Shown here in pieces: positions 9,217-17,799 of a stretch of DNA of 32,000 nucleotides (the stretch's first letter is position 1; each line of letters begins with the position of its first letter). Source of the stretch: Candidatus Saccharimonadota bacterium (GTDB lineage: Bacteria > Patescibacteriota > Microgenomatia > UBA1406 > GWC2-37-13); contig MGBH01000001.1 of the NCBI GenBank assembly GCA_001790095.1, forward strand, positions 720,001 to 752,000, in the 5' to 3' direction. Below the pieces are notes generated by a model that was not told the origin of the DNA, did not search any database, and saw nothing but the letters and a program-made list of their open reading frames with translations. The position numbers were made by a program, and so were the translations under genes.

Positions 9217-10761
9217 TTATAGGTTTTTTAGTCTTTCACGAAGATCTTTTCTAAGCCATATACCAGTTTTTTCGTTGTTTTTTACGACAGGTATGTAATC
9301 TTTAGTTAGGTCAGGAAAATAGATAGCATAATGATTAGGGTCATTCTGATAACCCAAGCTTCCAATATATACGACAGATGGTGGATTTTTTTTAAGCGCA
9401 TATAAACGTTCTATTTTATACTCTGAATAAGCATTTATCCAAGGAAACCAGTAGGTAAATCTGTCAGGCGGCATCCGGTCGGCAAAATAATACAAATCAA
9501 CATCGTGAGGATACATAAGGACCGACTCCGTGGGTAGAGATAATGACTTGATGATTGCTCCCCTATCCTGTCTATAACTCCAAAATACATGATAGTTGTA
9601 ACCTGGCTTAAGCGATTGAAAAAGGATCTCTTGAAAAGTAAAAAAATTGGCGATGATTATCACAATACATAAAAGGCAAGCAAATAATCTACTCTTTAAC
9701 TTCCCAGATCTAAATAAATTAAAAATTAAAAAGATAAAGCAAACGCTTGCAAATAGTATAAATGGATATATGCCCACATCAAAAGATGTCCCAACGACAG
9801 CCTTAACTTCACGAATACGTGAGGCCAAGAAAATAAGCAATAATAAAATTATATGACGAATATTTTTGCTCTTAATAGTCTTATATATAATCCACAAAAA
9901 GGAAAGATGAAAAATAAACTGCACTATCTGCAGTGGATTTGACAGTCCTGTAAGAAATTCAAACTCGTTTTTAATAAAAAGTGCGATTAACGATAATAAA
10001 TGATTGCCTTTTAACCCAGCCATATCATAATAGTAGGGTGAATAGACAAAAAAATTAAAATATATTCCTTGAAATAAAAAATCATATAGCTGTCCATTCA
10101 TATAAAAGAAGAGCAATGGAATCGTATTTAAAACTAGTGTGAAGATTAACAATCTTATCTTTGTTCTTTTTTCATGAATCATTAAAAAAGGAACTAATAA
10201 TAATAAAATGAGCATTGGTTGAGTCCAAAAAGCCAAAGATCCCATCACGATAAGTAAGATATAGGTGAATATGCTAGGCTTTTCCCACTTAAATAATATG
10301 GGTAAAGTAATCCATACCATACTGCTTATGAATATCGCATCAAAAGTATCGGTAAGAATTACGTACCCAAGATACACCACAAAGAAAAGCGAGATAAGGA
10401 TAATCCATGCTGAGAAGCTGTATTTGGATTTATTATTTTTAAAAGTTAAGAAAACCAAGACATAACATATGAGATATAAAATAAGCAAAGATAGTCTAAA
10501 GACTGCCATTGTCTTTGCTGGCGAAAGGGCCGACCAAAGGGGAGTAAATAAGTATATCCAATAATAAGGAAAGGGGAAATGGTTGGTAAAATGCTCTGAG
10601 TATAGAGCTCTTCCGTTTTTCATTAGGTATCCAGCCACTATATGGTCAGTCTCATCAAAACTTCCCATAAATGTTCGATTAAGAAAAAAGATTAGTGCAA
10701 AAAACAAGAGAGAGAGTGAAAAAATTAAAATAGGGATAAGTTTTTTTTTATAATCCTTCAT
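9217..10761 (-). CDS. Polytopic membrane protein, GT-C-fold glycosyltransferase-like (ArnT/PMT-like)
   Basis: More than 10 predicted TM helices and an acidic first-loop motif (SFDETDH) after TM1, as in GT-C enzymes. A soluble C-terminal ~110 aa follows. The functional call is by architecture only. Confidence 0.5.
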   Translation of the reverse strand: MKDYKKKLIPILIFSLSLLFFALIFFLNRTFMGSFDETDHIVAGYLMKNGRALYSEHFTNHFPFPYYWIYLFTPLWSALSPAKTMAVFRLSLLILYLICYVLVFLTFKNNKSKYSFSAWIILISLFFVVYLGYVILTDTFDAIFISSMVWITLPILFKWEKPSIFTYILLIVMGSLAFWTQPMLILLLLVPFLMIHEKRTKIRLLIFTLVLNTIPLLFFYMNGQLYDFLFQGIYFNFFVYSPYYYDMAGLKGNHLLSLIALFIKNEFEFLTGLSNPLQIVQFIFHLSFLWIIYKTIKSKNIRHIILLLLIFLASRIREVKAVVGTSFDVGIYPFILFASVCFIFLIFNLFRSGKLKSRLFACLLCIVIIIANFFTFQEILFQSLKPGYNYHVFWSYRQDRGAIIKSLSLPTESVLMYPHDVDLYYFADRMPPDRFTYWFPWINAYSEYKIERLYALKKNPPSVVYIGSLGYQNDPNHYAIYFPDLTKDYIPVVKNNEKTGIWLRKDLRERLKNL

Positions 10762-10767
10762 AGATTT

Positions 10768-11388
10768 TTAAGTTGTTCTGCAAATACATTTTACTGTTCC
10801 CTCCCCTATCCTTTCCCATTTCCTTGGATACTCTTTGATGTTTATACATATAGCTGTTGCTTCATCAAGACCAATACCATATTTTATATTCCCCCTTTTC
10901 ATTTCCTCTGGCAGTAACACGTGCCTATTACGCTCTGTATAATGAGGTTCGATGATTGTATCTGGTAATAGTCCCAACCCCTTGATAAGAGGACTGTTGG
11001 GCGGCTGACCCATCCGTTGGAAAGACCCAACCACCATAGATCCTGCTGACTCACCAATATAGTATTTACAGTTGCGGATTAAATGTTCTAGTATTTTATT
11101 ACTCTTTATTTTTCTTATTAAACCAACATGATCTCTCCCCCCTAAAACAAATATTAAGGGGTTGTTTGCCTTTAACAAACCTGTCTTTTCCATAGCGTTA
11201 AGAACGTCAACTGATTTGAGTGATGTGGTAAGTAGTTTATAGCTTGTTGCAGCATGCTTATCTGTGCGACTTGCAAATGGAATAAATAATAGCTGTGATG
11301 GCTTGATTCTATCTATAACATTAAAAATATGCTCCCATTGCTCTTGCGAATTATTCGGGCCTCCCCCTCCAAATAGATAAAGAATCAT
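10768..11388 (-). CDS. Peptidase S51 family (dipeptidase E / cyanophycinase-like)
   Basis: Collinear with PepE landmarks: FIPFA, VLGGRDHVGL (GGGNT region), nucleophile motif YIGESAGSMV, and IEPHYT (His region). Confidence 0.75.
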   Translation of the reverse strand: MILYLFGGGGPNNSQEQWEHIFNVIDRIKPSQLLFIPFASRTDKHAATSYKLLTTSLKSVDVLNAMEKTGLLKANNPLIFVLGGRDHVGLIRKIKSNKILEHLIRNCKYYIGESAGSMVVGSFQRMGQPPNSPLIKGLGLLPDTIIEPHYTERNRHVLLPEEMKRGNIKYGIGLDEATAICINIKEYPRKWERIGEGTVKCICRTT

Positions 11389-11394
11389 ATGCTA

Positions 11395-11400
11395 ATTATA
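11395..11400 (-). promoter_or_regulatory. -10 box (TATAAT) 6 nt upstream of the S51 peptidase ATG; predicted leaderless start
   Basis: The minus strand reads TATAAT-TAGCAT-ATG. No SD sequence. Confidence 0.45.
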
Positions 11401-11429
11401 TAATATTTCATTTCGGCTTGTCATACCAA

Positions 11430-11456
11430 TCTAGTACACTTCCGAAGTGTACTAGA
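11430..11456. promoter_or_regulatory. Perfect 27-nt palindrome (13-bp arms, 1-nt centre); candidate dimeric-regulator operator in a divergent promoter region
   Basis: TCTAGTACACTTC-C-GAAGTGTACTAGA lies between the divergent genes 11388(-) and 11589(+). Its left 20 nt recur at 12192-12211, and the half-site TAGTACACTTC recurs at 22239-22249. Confidence 0.5.
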
Positions 11457-11554
11457 GCCTTGCTACAAGCTAAAAACATATTTTTACTTCTTGACATGAT
11501 ATAACTGACTCTTTTATATCCTATATAAGCAGGTTATTAACTCAAATACTTTAT

Positions 11555-11583
11555 TTGAATTATCTTATAATATTAGATATAAT
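11555..11583 (+). promoter_or_regulatory. Near-consensus sigma70-type promoter (TTGAAT-17 nt-TATAAT) ending 5 nt before ATG 11589
   Basis: TTGAAT at 11555-11560 and TATAAT at 11578-11583. No SD, so the mRNA would be leaderless or nearly so. An additional TTGACA sits at 11491-11496. Confidence 0.6.
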
Positions 11584-11588
11584 CTCAT

Positions 11589-12137
11589 ATGACCGAAAGA
11601 AAACCTTTCAATCTTCGAAATCGCACCACTTTGCGAACAGGGACTGATCTAAGTATAATGGCATTTTTTGCCCTCAAACAATTTGAGGCGGAAATTAAAA
11701 AATTTCTTTCCACTAACTCTCTAGAAGATATACATAATCCAATAACCAGAAGTATGGTGGATTTTACTCACCATCTATTTGGCAGTCGATCAATCGATTA
11801 TGAAAGCGACAAATTCACACCCGAGATGATGGATAGGTTCAGTACTATAGCCTGGGAGTTGTTCCAGGGAGGTTTTTTTGCTTCTGTTGGAATAGGCGCA
11901 TCACACCTTGTGAGTCACGGTATATCAAAACTTCAAAAAAGACAGATTAATCCAGTCGCCCAGCTAGGAATGGATGCGGGAGGGGCAATCAGCTCATATA
12001 TTGTGTTCACTCAAATATTTGGACCCTATATCCACGACCTACTTCAAACAGAAGCACCTATCACCATACCCCTTCTCATACAGCGCTTAGGACAAGTGGC
12101 ACAATCGCTTCCTTTTCTTACCCCTTTAATTCCCTAA
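11589..12137 (+). CDS. Hypothetical protein (182 aa); C-terminal half has two Gly-rich hydrophobic segments
   Basis: Long ORF immediately after a consensus promoter. No motif recognised. GGFFASVGIGASHLV and GGAISSYIVFTQIFGPYI look like membrane or amphipathic segments. Confidence 0.6.
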   Translation: MTERKPFNLRNRTTLRTGTDLSIMAFFALKQFEAEIKKFLSTNSLEDIHNPITRSMVDFTHHLFGSRSIDYESDKFTPEMMDRFSTIAWELFQGGFFASVGIGASHLVSHGISKLQKRQINPVAQLGMDAGGAISSYIVFTQIFGPYIHDLLQTEAPITIPLLIQRLGQVAQSLPFLTPLIP

Positions 12138-12191
12138 ACTTTCTTAGAGTAGTGTAATCATTAAGTGACCATGTTTGGATTATCATAACGA

Positions 12192-12243
12192 TCTAGTACA
12201 CTTCCGAAGTGGATTTGAATTATCTTATAGTATAAGATATAAT
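12192..12243 (+). promoter_or_regulatory. Second copy of the operator half plus promoter cassette
   Basis: TCTAGTACACTTCCGAAGTG (12192-12211) is identical to 11430-11449. ATTTGAATTATCTTATAGTATAAGATATAAT (12213-12243) matches 11553-11583 at all but 2 positions, with TTGAAT at 12215-12220 and TATAAT at 12238-12243. The 5-nt spacing to ATG 12249 is the same. Confidence 0.6.
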
Positions 12244-12248
12244 AGAAT

Positions 12249-12677
12249 ATGGCTGAAAAAGGACCCCATTATACTCATCTTACTAACCTTGTTTCCGACC
12301 CTCACGATGGCACTCCAATCTATTATCGTGTTACCAAAAATGGACAGTTGATAGGTTTTCCTACCGGAAAAAAGGGTCAGTTTACTCCTTTGCATGTTGG
12401 AGGTTTTTATAGATTAACTCAAACTCATCCCGGACTCCCACCCGTAATAGATACGGGGGGGCTAATATCATTTAAACCTGATCATCACAGACATACGATT
12501 TCAGGTAGACTTGAGAGAATTGATCAAACAAGGATATATACAGAGGATGGAACTCCTGTTTTTGTTGCTTCTTTATCAACTCGTGAAGATAAAAATAGTA
12601 GCAGTTCAGACAAACATCTACATTTACTTGCTTTTGCCCTAAATGCAATACGAGTACAAGAAATAAAGCATCTATAA
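12249..12677 (+). CDS. Hypothetical protein (142 aa)
   Basis: ORF directly behind the duplicated promoter. The first codons (MAEKGP) resemble those of 11589 (MTERKP). No family recognised. Confidence 0.6.
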   Translation: MAEKGPHYTHLTNLVSDPHDGTPIYYRVTKNGQLIGFPTGKKGQFTPLHVGGFYRLTQTHPGLPPVIDTGGLISFKPDHHRHTISGRLERIDQTRIYTEDGTPVFVASLSTREDKNSSSSDKHLHLLAFALNAIRVQEIKHL

Positions 12678-13268
12678 CCCAAGTTCTGGAGCGATTTTTT
12701 GCATTGAAGTAAGACAGATCTCAACAAACTTCTCAAGCGGCAGGTTCAGACCCTCAGGTTTGCTACACATGGCCACCTCATCGCGCCTCGTACCTGCGGC
12801 AAACTTCGGTTCTTTTAAAAATCGTTTCAAAACAGATTTAAGTTTTACATCGGCCAACTTTTTAGTGGGAAGAATAAGAGCTACTGCGATGATCAAGCCC
12901 GTCAAGGAATCTGCGCAAAATATAGACCAATGAGCTTTGGAGACAGGTTTTATACCTGTCAAATCAGGAGCATGCGCCTTTACGATCTGCATAACTATAT
13001 CTGATACTTCAAGATGGTATTTTTCCAGCGCTTCCCTAGTTTTTGATGGATGAGACACTTTAAATTCACCGCCAAAATCAATATCATGGATAAGTCCAGC
13101 CAAAAGCCAATCTTCTCGAGCCGGTTCATCTGCTCCTAATAGATTTCCAGAGGCAAAAAAATCATAGAGCCCTCCCATACAGACCTCAAGAGCGAGAGAG
13201 TGTTTAACTATATTTGGCTCAAGTTGCGATTTGATCGCTTCGAAAAATAGCTTTCTGTCATATATCAT
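12672..13268 (-). CDS. HD-domain metal-dependent phosphohydrolase
   Basis: LAGLIHDIDFG (HD dyad) with an upstream His (VKHSLA). The track start 13313 is a TTG. ATG 13268 is preceded by TGTTATAAT plus 6 nt. Confidence 0.75.
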   Translation of the reverse strand: MIYDRKLFFEAIKSQLEPNIVKHSLALEVCMGGLYDFFASGNLLGADEPAREDWLLAGLIHDIDFGGEFKVSHPSKTREALEKYHLEVSDIVMQIVKAHAPDLTGIKPVSKAHWSIFCADSLTGLIIAVALILPTKKLADVKLKSVLKRFLKEPKFAAGTRRDEVAMCSKPEGLNLPLEKFVEICLTSMQKIAPELGL

Positions 13269-13274
13269 GGATTG

Positions 13275-13298
13275 ATTATAACAAAAAATATATATAAT
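13275..13298. promoter_or_regulatory. Back-to-back divergent -10 elements in a 36-nt intergenic gap
   Basis: On the minus strand, TGTTATAAT (13283-13275) lies 6 nt before ATG 13268. On the plus strand, TATAAT (13293-13298) lies 6 nt before ATG 13305. Confidence 0.5.
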
Positions 13299-13304
13299 AA
13301 ATAA

Positions 13305-13997
13305 ATGGAACAAAATCCACCCCCCATATCAACCGCTCAGATGGAACCGGAAGTAGTCGAAGATATTGTTGAATTACCTCACCCCCCTCCCCCCCCTCCT
13401 CCATCTGTCAGAAAACCCCCCGTTATTTTAGTTATCGTTTCTTTGGTGTTCATTTTTCTTTTTGTTGCCGGTATTATCATCATCGCCATTGGAACAAAGG
13501 GCAAAAATCAAACAGCCTCTCCTCAATTGCCAACTGCTACACCCACCTCCTCCCCTCCCTCACCTACCATGAAAGTGGAACCAAAATGGAAGACATATAT
13601 CTCACCAAACAAAGACTTTTCTCTTGATTATCCTCTTGATAAAACGCTTTTTATTGATACAAAGGATCCATCTATTGAGTTTTGCGATATCGGGAAAGGG
13701 ATTGTCTCATTTGAGATAAAAGACCTATCAGTAGTCGTTGCCTCTCAATCCGCAGAAGATCAAACTCCGCTTAGTTGGGTAGAGACATACTGCCCCCCAC
13801 TTCTTGAGCAAGACTTTGAACAAGGAATCATACAGGATGGCCCTGTATCCGGACTAAATTATACATCTCCTATTCTTAATGTAACCGTCGTCCAAAAGGC
13901 AAAAAAACTTTATTTCATCTATGCATTAGGACAAACTAAAGAGATTATGGACTCAACATATCAGCCTATGCTCTCTAGTTTTACGCTTACGCCATAA
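13305..13997 (+). CDS. Membrane-anchored protein with an N-terminal poly-Pro tract and PT/S-rich linker
   Basis: HPPPPPPPS, then TM VILVIVSLVFIFLFVAGIIIIAI, then PQLPTATPTSSPPSPT, then a ~140-aa globular domain. No family recognised. Confidence 0.65.
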   Translation: MEQNPPPISTAQMEPEVVEDIVELPHPPPPPPPSVRKPPVILVIVSLVFIFLFVAGIIIIAIGTKGKNQTASPQLPTATPTSSPPSPTMKVEPKWKTYISPNKDFSLDYPLDKTLFIDTKDPSIEFCDIGKGIVSFEIKDLSVVVASQSAEDQTPLSWVETYCPPLLEQDFEQGIIQDGPVSGLNYTSPILNVTVVQKAKKLYFIYALGQTKEIMDSTYQPMLSSFTLTP

Positions 13998-14838
13998 GTA
14001 GTACCCCTATCGTGACAAAAACTGCACTTATTGATTTTTCTAACAATCCTTTTCGCTCTTTTAAGAAAATGGTGGCTAAAATGACTGTTACGATGATCGA
14101 GGCACGGCTAATCGGCGACATCTGCGAAACAGGAGCGCCGCTTTCAAGTGACAAATAAAACGAAATCGCAGCTACAGCATAAAAAAGCGAATACAGGAAG
14201 ATGTGCTGCATAGATCTGGGTTGAAAAATTGTTTTGACTTTCTTCAGACTTTTGATATTGGTGATCGCGATTATCAGTCCTGGAATAATCGTCATCATAG
14301 GTACAAAGGAGATAGCATTATAAGAACGCAAGATATATGAATCATTTACGACAGCTACTCCGTAGCATAACGCGCTTACTAAAGCAAACCATACTCCTTT
14401 GTTTATCTTCATCCTTTCTTTGCCATAAAGGATGAATGTCGAGGAAAGGATCAAGACCGTACCTAACGATTTCACCAAACCAAATGGATTCCCGAGCAGT
14501 AAAACACCAAGTGCGATACTCACAAGTGTTCCGGATGCAGTGATGATCGTCATTTCACCAGCGCCGATGTATTTTGAAGCACGGAAATTACACACTACTC
14601 CTAACGCATATAATGCTCCGCTAAACAGAAAATTCGGCCAAAGGGTAGCAAATGGTGGAAATATAAAACCCTTATACAAAGCAAAAATAGATACGATAAT
14701 CGAAAGAGTGAATTGAAAAACAATGGAAAAGACGATCGGATCATTTTCCTCTTTTTTCATCATGGCACGAAGATAAAGAGATGCGATTGAACCTGCAATC
14801 ACACATGTAGCGGCATAGATATACCATAATTTAAACAT
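13987..14838 (-). CDS. EamA/DMT-superfamily transporter
   Basis: 283 aa with ~10 TM helices in two similar halves, which is typical EamA size and topology. Confidence 0.8.
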   Translation of the reverse strand: MFKLWYIYAATCVIAGSIASLYLRAMMKKEENDPIVFSIVFQFTLSIIVSIFALYKGFIFPPFATLWPNFLFSGALYALGVVCNFRASKYIGAGEMTIITASGTLVSIALGVLLLGNPFGLVKSLGTVLILSSTFILYGKERMKINKGVWFALVSALCYGVAVVNDSYILRSYNAISFVPMMTIIPGLIIAITNIKSLKKVKTIFQPRSMQHIFLYSLFYAVAAISFYLSLESGAPVSQMSPISRASIIVTVILATIFLKERKGLLEKSISAVFVTIGVLLMA

Positions 14839-14849
14839 ATGAAATGATA

Positions 14850-15797
14850 TTATACCTTAACTTCCCACAGCTGCTCTACGTCACAGATTGAATCAGCACC
14901 GGAAAAAAGCATAGCTAGTCTATCTATCCCTAGACCACATCCGGCATAAGAACCTTTTTGAAGGGCCTGTGATGCAGCAAGGAACTCTTCATCTATGGGT
15001 TGTGAACTACTTCCTCTTTGTTGCTTTTCTTTTTCGAAAACTTTTCTCATTGATGAGACATCAGTGTTTTCTGTATTTCCATTGGCAATCTCAATTTTAT
15101 CGATATAAAGTTCAAAACGTTCGGCCAAATATGGCTTATCTTGTTGTGGTTTGCAAAGCGGAGATAGAATCGCTGGGTAATCCGTAAGAAATACGGGTCC
15201 AGATGGAAGATTTTGTTCAATATCGTTTACAAATACTTGGTCCCAAAGCCCCCGCCATGTAGCGTGATTTGTCTTGTAATTTTTCTTTCTTGCGATGTCA
15301 AATAGTACACTTTCCTGTTTCAAAACTTCCATAAGGCTTACCCCCATATTACGTTTAAACACATCCTGCAAAGATACTATTTCCCAAGAGTGTTGAGTTG
15401 ACTTGATAATTTGCGACTCTTTGCCTAATGTAGACTGGATGCTTAAGATCAGCTGTTTGGTGTCCTTCATTATGCTCAAATAATCTGCATCGTGTCGATA
15501 CCATTCTAGCATCAGAAACTCTGGGATATGCCAAGACCCGCTTTTTTCCAGATTTCTAAACGACTTGGCAAACGCAAAACAATTACCCATTCCACGGGAT
15601 AGCATACGCTTTAATCCCCTTTCAGGAGATAATGAAAGAAAATACTCCCCAGTTGAAAACGGATATAGATTTGGTTCATGAGGTACGGTCTTATTTAAAA
15701 CTGGCACGATAACTTCGTGAAAGTTCTGTTCATAAAAAAACTTCCGTGCAGACCTGATAATTTCTTCTCTGATAAAAACTGGTTTGAAATTGATCAT
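14850..15797 (-). CDS. epmA: EF-P lysine ligase EpmA (GenX/PoxA; truncated class II LysRS paralogue)
   Basis: Collinear with E. coli EpmA: REEIIRSARKFFYEQNFHEV (motif 1 region), SPERGLKRML, AKSFRNLEKSGSWHIPEFLMLEWYR (motif 2), AERFELYIDKIEIANG, and GCGLGIDRLAMLFSG (motif 3). At 315 aa it has no anticodon-binding domain. Confidence 0.85.
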   Translation of the reverse strand: MINFKPVFIREEIIRSARKFFYEQNFHEVIVPVLNKTVPHEPNLYPFSTGEYFLSLSPERGLKRMLSRGMGNCFAFAKSFRNLEKSGSWHIPEFLMLEWYRHDADYLSIMKDTKQLILSIQSTLGKESQIIKSTQHSWEIVSLQDVFKRNMGVSLMEVLKQESVLFDIARKKNYKTNHATWRGLWDQVFVNDIEQNLPSGPVFLTDYPAILSPLCKPQQDKPYLAERFELYIDKIEIANGNTENTDVSSMRKVFEKEKQQRGSSSQPIDEEFLAASQALQKGSYAGCGLGIDRLAMLFSGADSICDVEQLWEVKV

Positions 15798-15799
15798 TT

Positions 15800-16696
15800 T
15801 TATGAAGACGACGATTGTTTTTTATGTAATAAAATAACTTCTTTCAATCCACACATAAATCCAGGCTGACTACACCCCATACCTAGTCCTCTTATTCTAC
15901 ATTTCAATTGATTAATTAATTGTAACGGAGTATCATCTATCTTTCCTAGAGCCTCAAATCCTTCACAACATCCATATACAGTACCATCCGATGCGAGCGC
16001 TACTTGATAGCATCCAAGTTCTTTGGGAGGAAATACTTTTTTCCTATGCTTCCAAAGCTCTCTCATTTCATCACCCGTAAGATAATCAAACCCTTGAGTA
16101 GTGCCGACTATGTTTGACTTGGGGTGTTGTTTCAAATATTCAGCTGGTTTTCGAGGATGAAAGGTTATATCAATTGGACCTATCTGATCATGTATTTGTG
16201 CCTCAAACTGATCAATATTTGGCAAATTTTGTTTGGTTACGATCGAAAAAATCTCCGTATGGAATCCTAACTTTTTTGCCTTTTTTAAAAAAATAATACT
16301 TTTATCGTATTGACCTGTTCCTCTATTACTGTCATGATACTCTCTTGATCCATCAAGGGAAACAATGAGGTTTATCATACCCGGATTGGCAAGTTCTTTC
16401 AGTCGATCGATAGTCCCATTGGTAATGCATTGGATGTAAATACCTCTCTTTACCAACCTATTAACCAGTTTTGGAAAGTAAGAAAGCGCCATCACTTCTC
16501 CCCCGCAAAATGTGATAACCTTGACTTCTACTACCTTTGCATATCTGTCAACAAAGTCAAAAATCTGATGTTCCGTCAATATCGATGAGGTTTTCTTTGT
16601 ATAACAGATTTTGCAATGCAGGTTGCATTTTTCAAGTGGGTTGATGTAAAGATGGTGTAGTACATTTTTTAAATGTGCCGTCCTATTATATTTCAT
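15800..16696 (-). CDS. Radical SAM enzyme with a C-terminal SPASM/twitch-like Cys cluster
   Basis: CNLHCKICY (Cx3Cx2C), GGEVMAL (GGE motif), and C-terminal GCYQVALASDGTVYGCCEG...CRIRGLGMGCSQPGFMCG. Its stop is 2 nt from the epmA start. A TATAAT (16706-16711, minus strand) lies 9 nt upstream of its ATG. Confidence 0.8.
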   Translation of the reverse strand: MKYNRTAHLKNVLHHLYINPLEKCNLHCKICYTKKTSSILTEHQIFDFVDRYAKVVEVKVITFCGGEVMALSYFPKLVNRLVKRGIYIQCITNGTIDRLKELANPGMINLIVSLDGSREYHDSNRGTGQYDKSIIFLKKAKKLGFHTEIFSIVTKQNLPNIDQFEAQIHDQIGPIDITFHPRKPAEYLKQHPKSNIVGTTQGFDYLTGDEMRELWKHRKKVFPPKELGCYQVALASDGTVYGCCEGFEALGKIDDTPLQLINQLKCRIRGLGMGCSQPGFMCGLKEVILLHKKQSSSS

Positions 16697-16735
16697 AGCT
16701 ATCTTATTATACCAAGCCGTTTTTAACCTCGTAGG

Positions 16736-17797
16736 TTAGAGGGAAGGGCTTTTCTCATCTTCATATATACGTATAAAGGAGTTCATGAGGAGAAACATCA
16801 CACAGCTTAGCACCGAAGTAACAATCAAAAAAATGTCTGGAATGTTTCGTTCGATGATTCCATTACCTAGAGTAGGTTTTGAGGAAAAAAATACCGTAAA
16901 GATCCGATCCGCAAAGGTAAAAGATGAAATAGAGATAAAGAGGTCTTCTTTCTTTGTCATACCCACTGTTTCATTGCTGTCTTCGTAAAACGCTATATTT
17001 TTTGGCAGCATATCCTCACTCAATTTTCCATCATATACTGCATAGCTCATTGGGTTGGTGCTATCCTTTAACAGACCGTCAAAAAGAGAGTCTGCTTTCA
17101 AGACAGAGACGACAAACCCCTTTAATTGTTGTTGTTTTTTTTCTTTTGTATCGGCTGCAGTTATGCTACCTGAGTAAATAGGTTGAACAATAAGCATACG
17201 TTTTAGATTAAACAGTTGTAGCTCAGGAGTAACGATGATGTCTCCGGAATCACGCGCCTGGTCAAAATAAGTATTTAATGTTGGATCCAATCCTATATCG
17301 TTACCAAAAAAGTTTTTAAACGTCTCATGAGGGACCATGTAATTGACAACGTAGTATTCTTTCTTTTCCTCCGAAACATGGATATTGAAAAAGGGATAAC
17401 CGTAAGGAGTAGTTGCTTTGTCTTGTCGCACCTTATCCACAAAGCTGTCTTTATCCAAAGCAGTCACTTTTGCCACATAAAGTATCCCTTCCATACCTTC
17501 ACCCACATCCTCTTCTTTGATCGCTTGAAAATAATCGTCAAATTCTTTTCTCGTCATGGTATCATCGATACGAAACCACCGCTTGCCCTCTTTCACGTTC
17601 TGAACATATCCTTTGATCCGATCTTGCATGAGTGTCTTAAGGAATTGACTCTCACTCATAAAACGCTCTCTTACATTATTCATGACTGCAGTACGCATGA
17701 CCTGCCAAGAGAAAAAATTCATCATCAATAAAATAAGAAGAGCTATGAGGCTTTTGAGAAAATCTTTTCGAATGGTTGAATATATATGTTCACTCAT
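16736..17797 (-). CDS. CHASE-like extracytoplasmic sensor domain protein bracketed by two TM helices, with no output domain
   Basis: TM1 (LIALLILLMMNFF), then a ~270-aa domain matching the CHASE pattern (N-terminal long helix ...RERFMSESQFLKTLMQDRIKGY; ...EYYVVNYMVPHE...GNDIGLDP...ARDSGDIIVTPELQL...LIVQPIY), then TM2 (IFLIVTSVLSCVMFLLM). The protein ends 15 aa later. Confidence 0.6.
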   Translation of the reverse strand: MSEHIYSTIRKDFLKSLIALLILLMMNFFSWQVMRTAVMNNVRERFMSESQFLKTLMQDRIKGYVQNVKEGKRWFRIDDTMTRKEFDDYFQAIKEEDVGEGMEGILYVAKVTALDKDSFVDKVRQDKATTPYGYPFFNIHVSEEKKEYYVVNYMVPHETFKNFFGNDIGLDPTLNTYFDQARDSGDIIVTPELQLFNLKRMLIVQPIYSGSITAADTKEKKQQQLKGFVVSVLKADSLFDGLLKDSTNPMSYAVYDGKLSEDMLPKNIAFYEDSNETVGMTKKEDLFISISSFTFADRIFTVFFSSKPTLGNGIIERNIPDIFLIVTSVLSCVMFLLMNSFIRIYEDEKSPSL

Positions 17798-17799
17798 GG

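Noticed and set aside
15303-15312. TAGTACACTT inside the epmA coding region (and GTGTACTA at about 4691-4698 inside the protease gene)
   Set aside because: These are shorter matches to the operator half-site located within ORFs, with no palindromic partner. I treat them as chance rather than as regulatory sites.
17327-17731. 134-aa ORF antisense to the CHASE-domain gene (also 16785..16988 and 16954..17181)
   Set aside because: They are antisense to a longer ORF with a coherent TM-domain-TM architecture, and there is no promoter or SD context.
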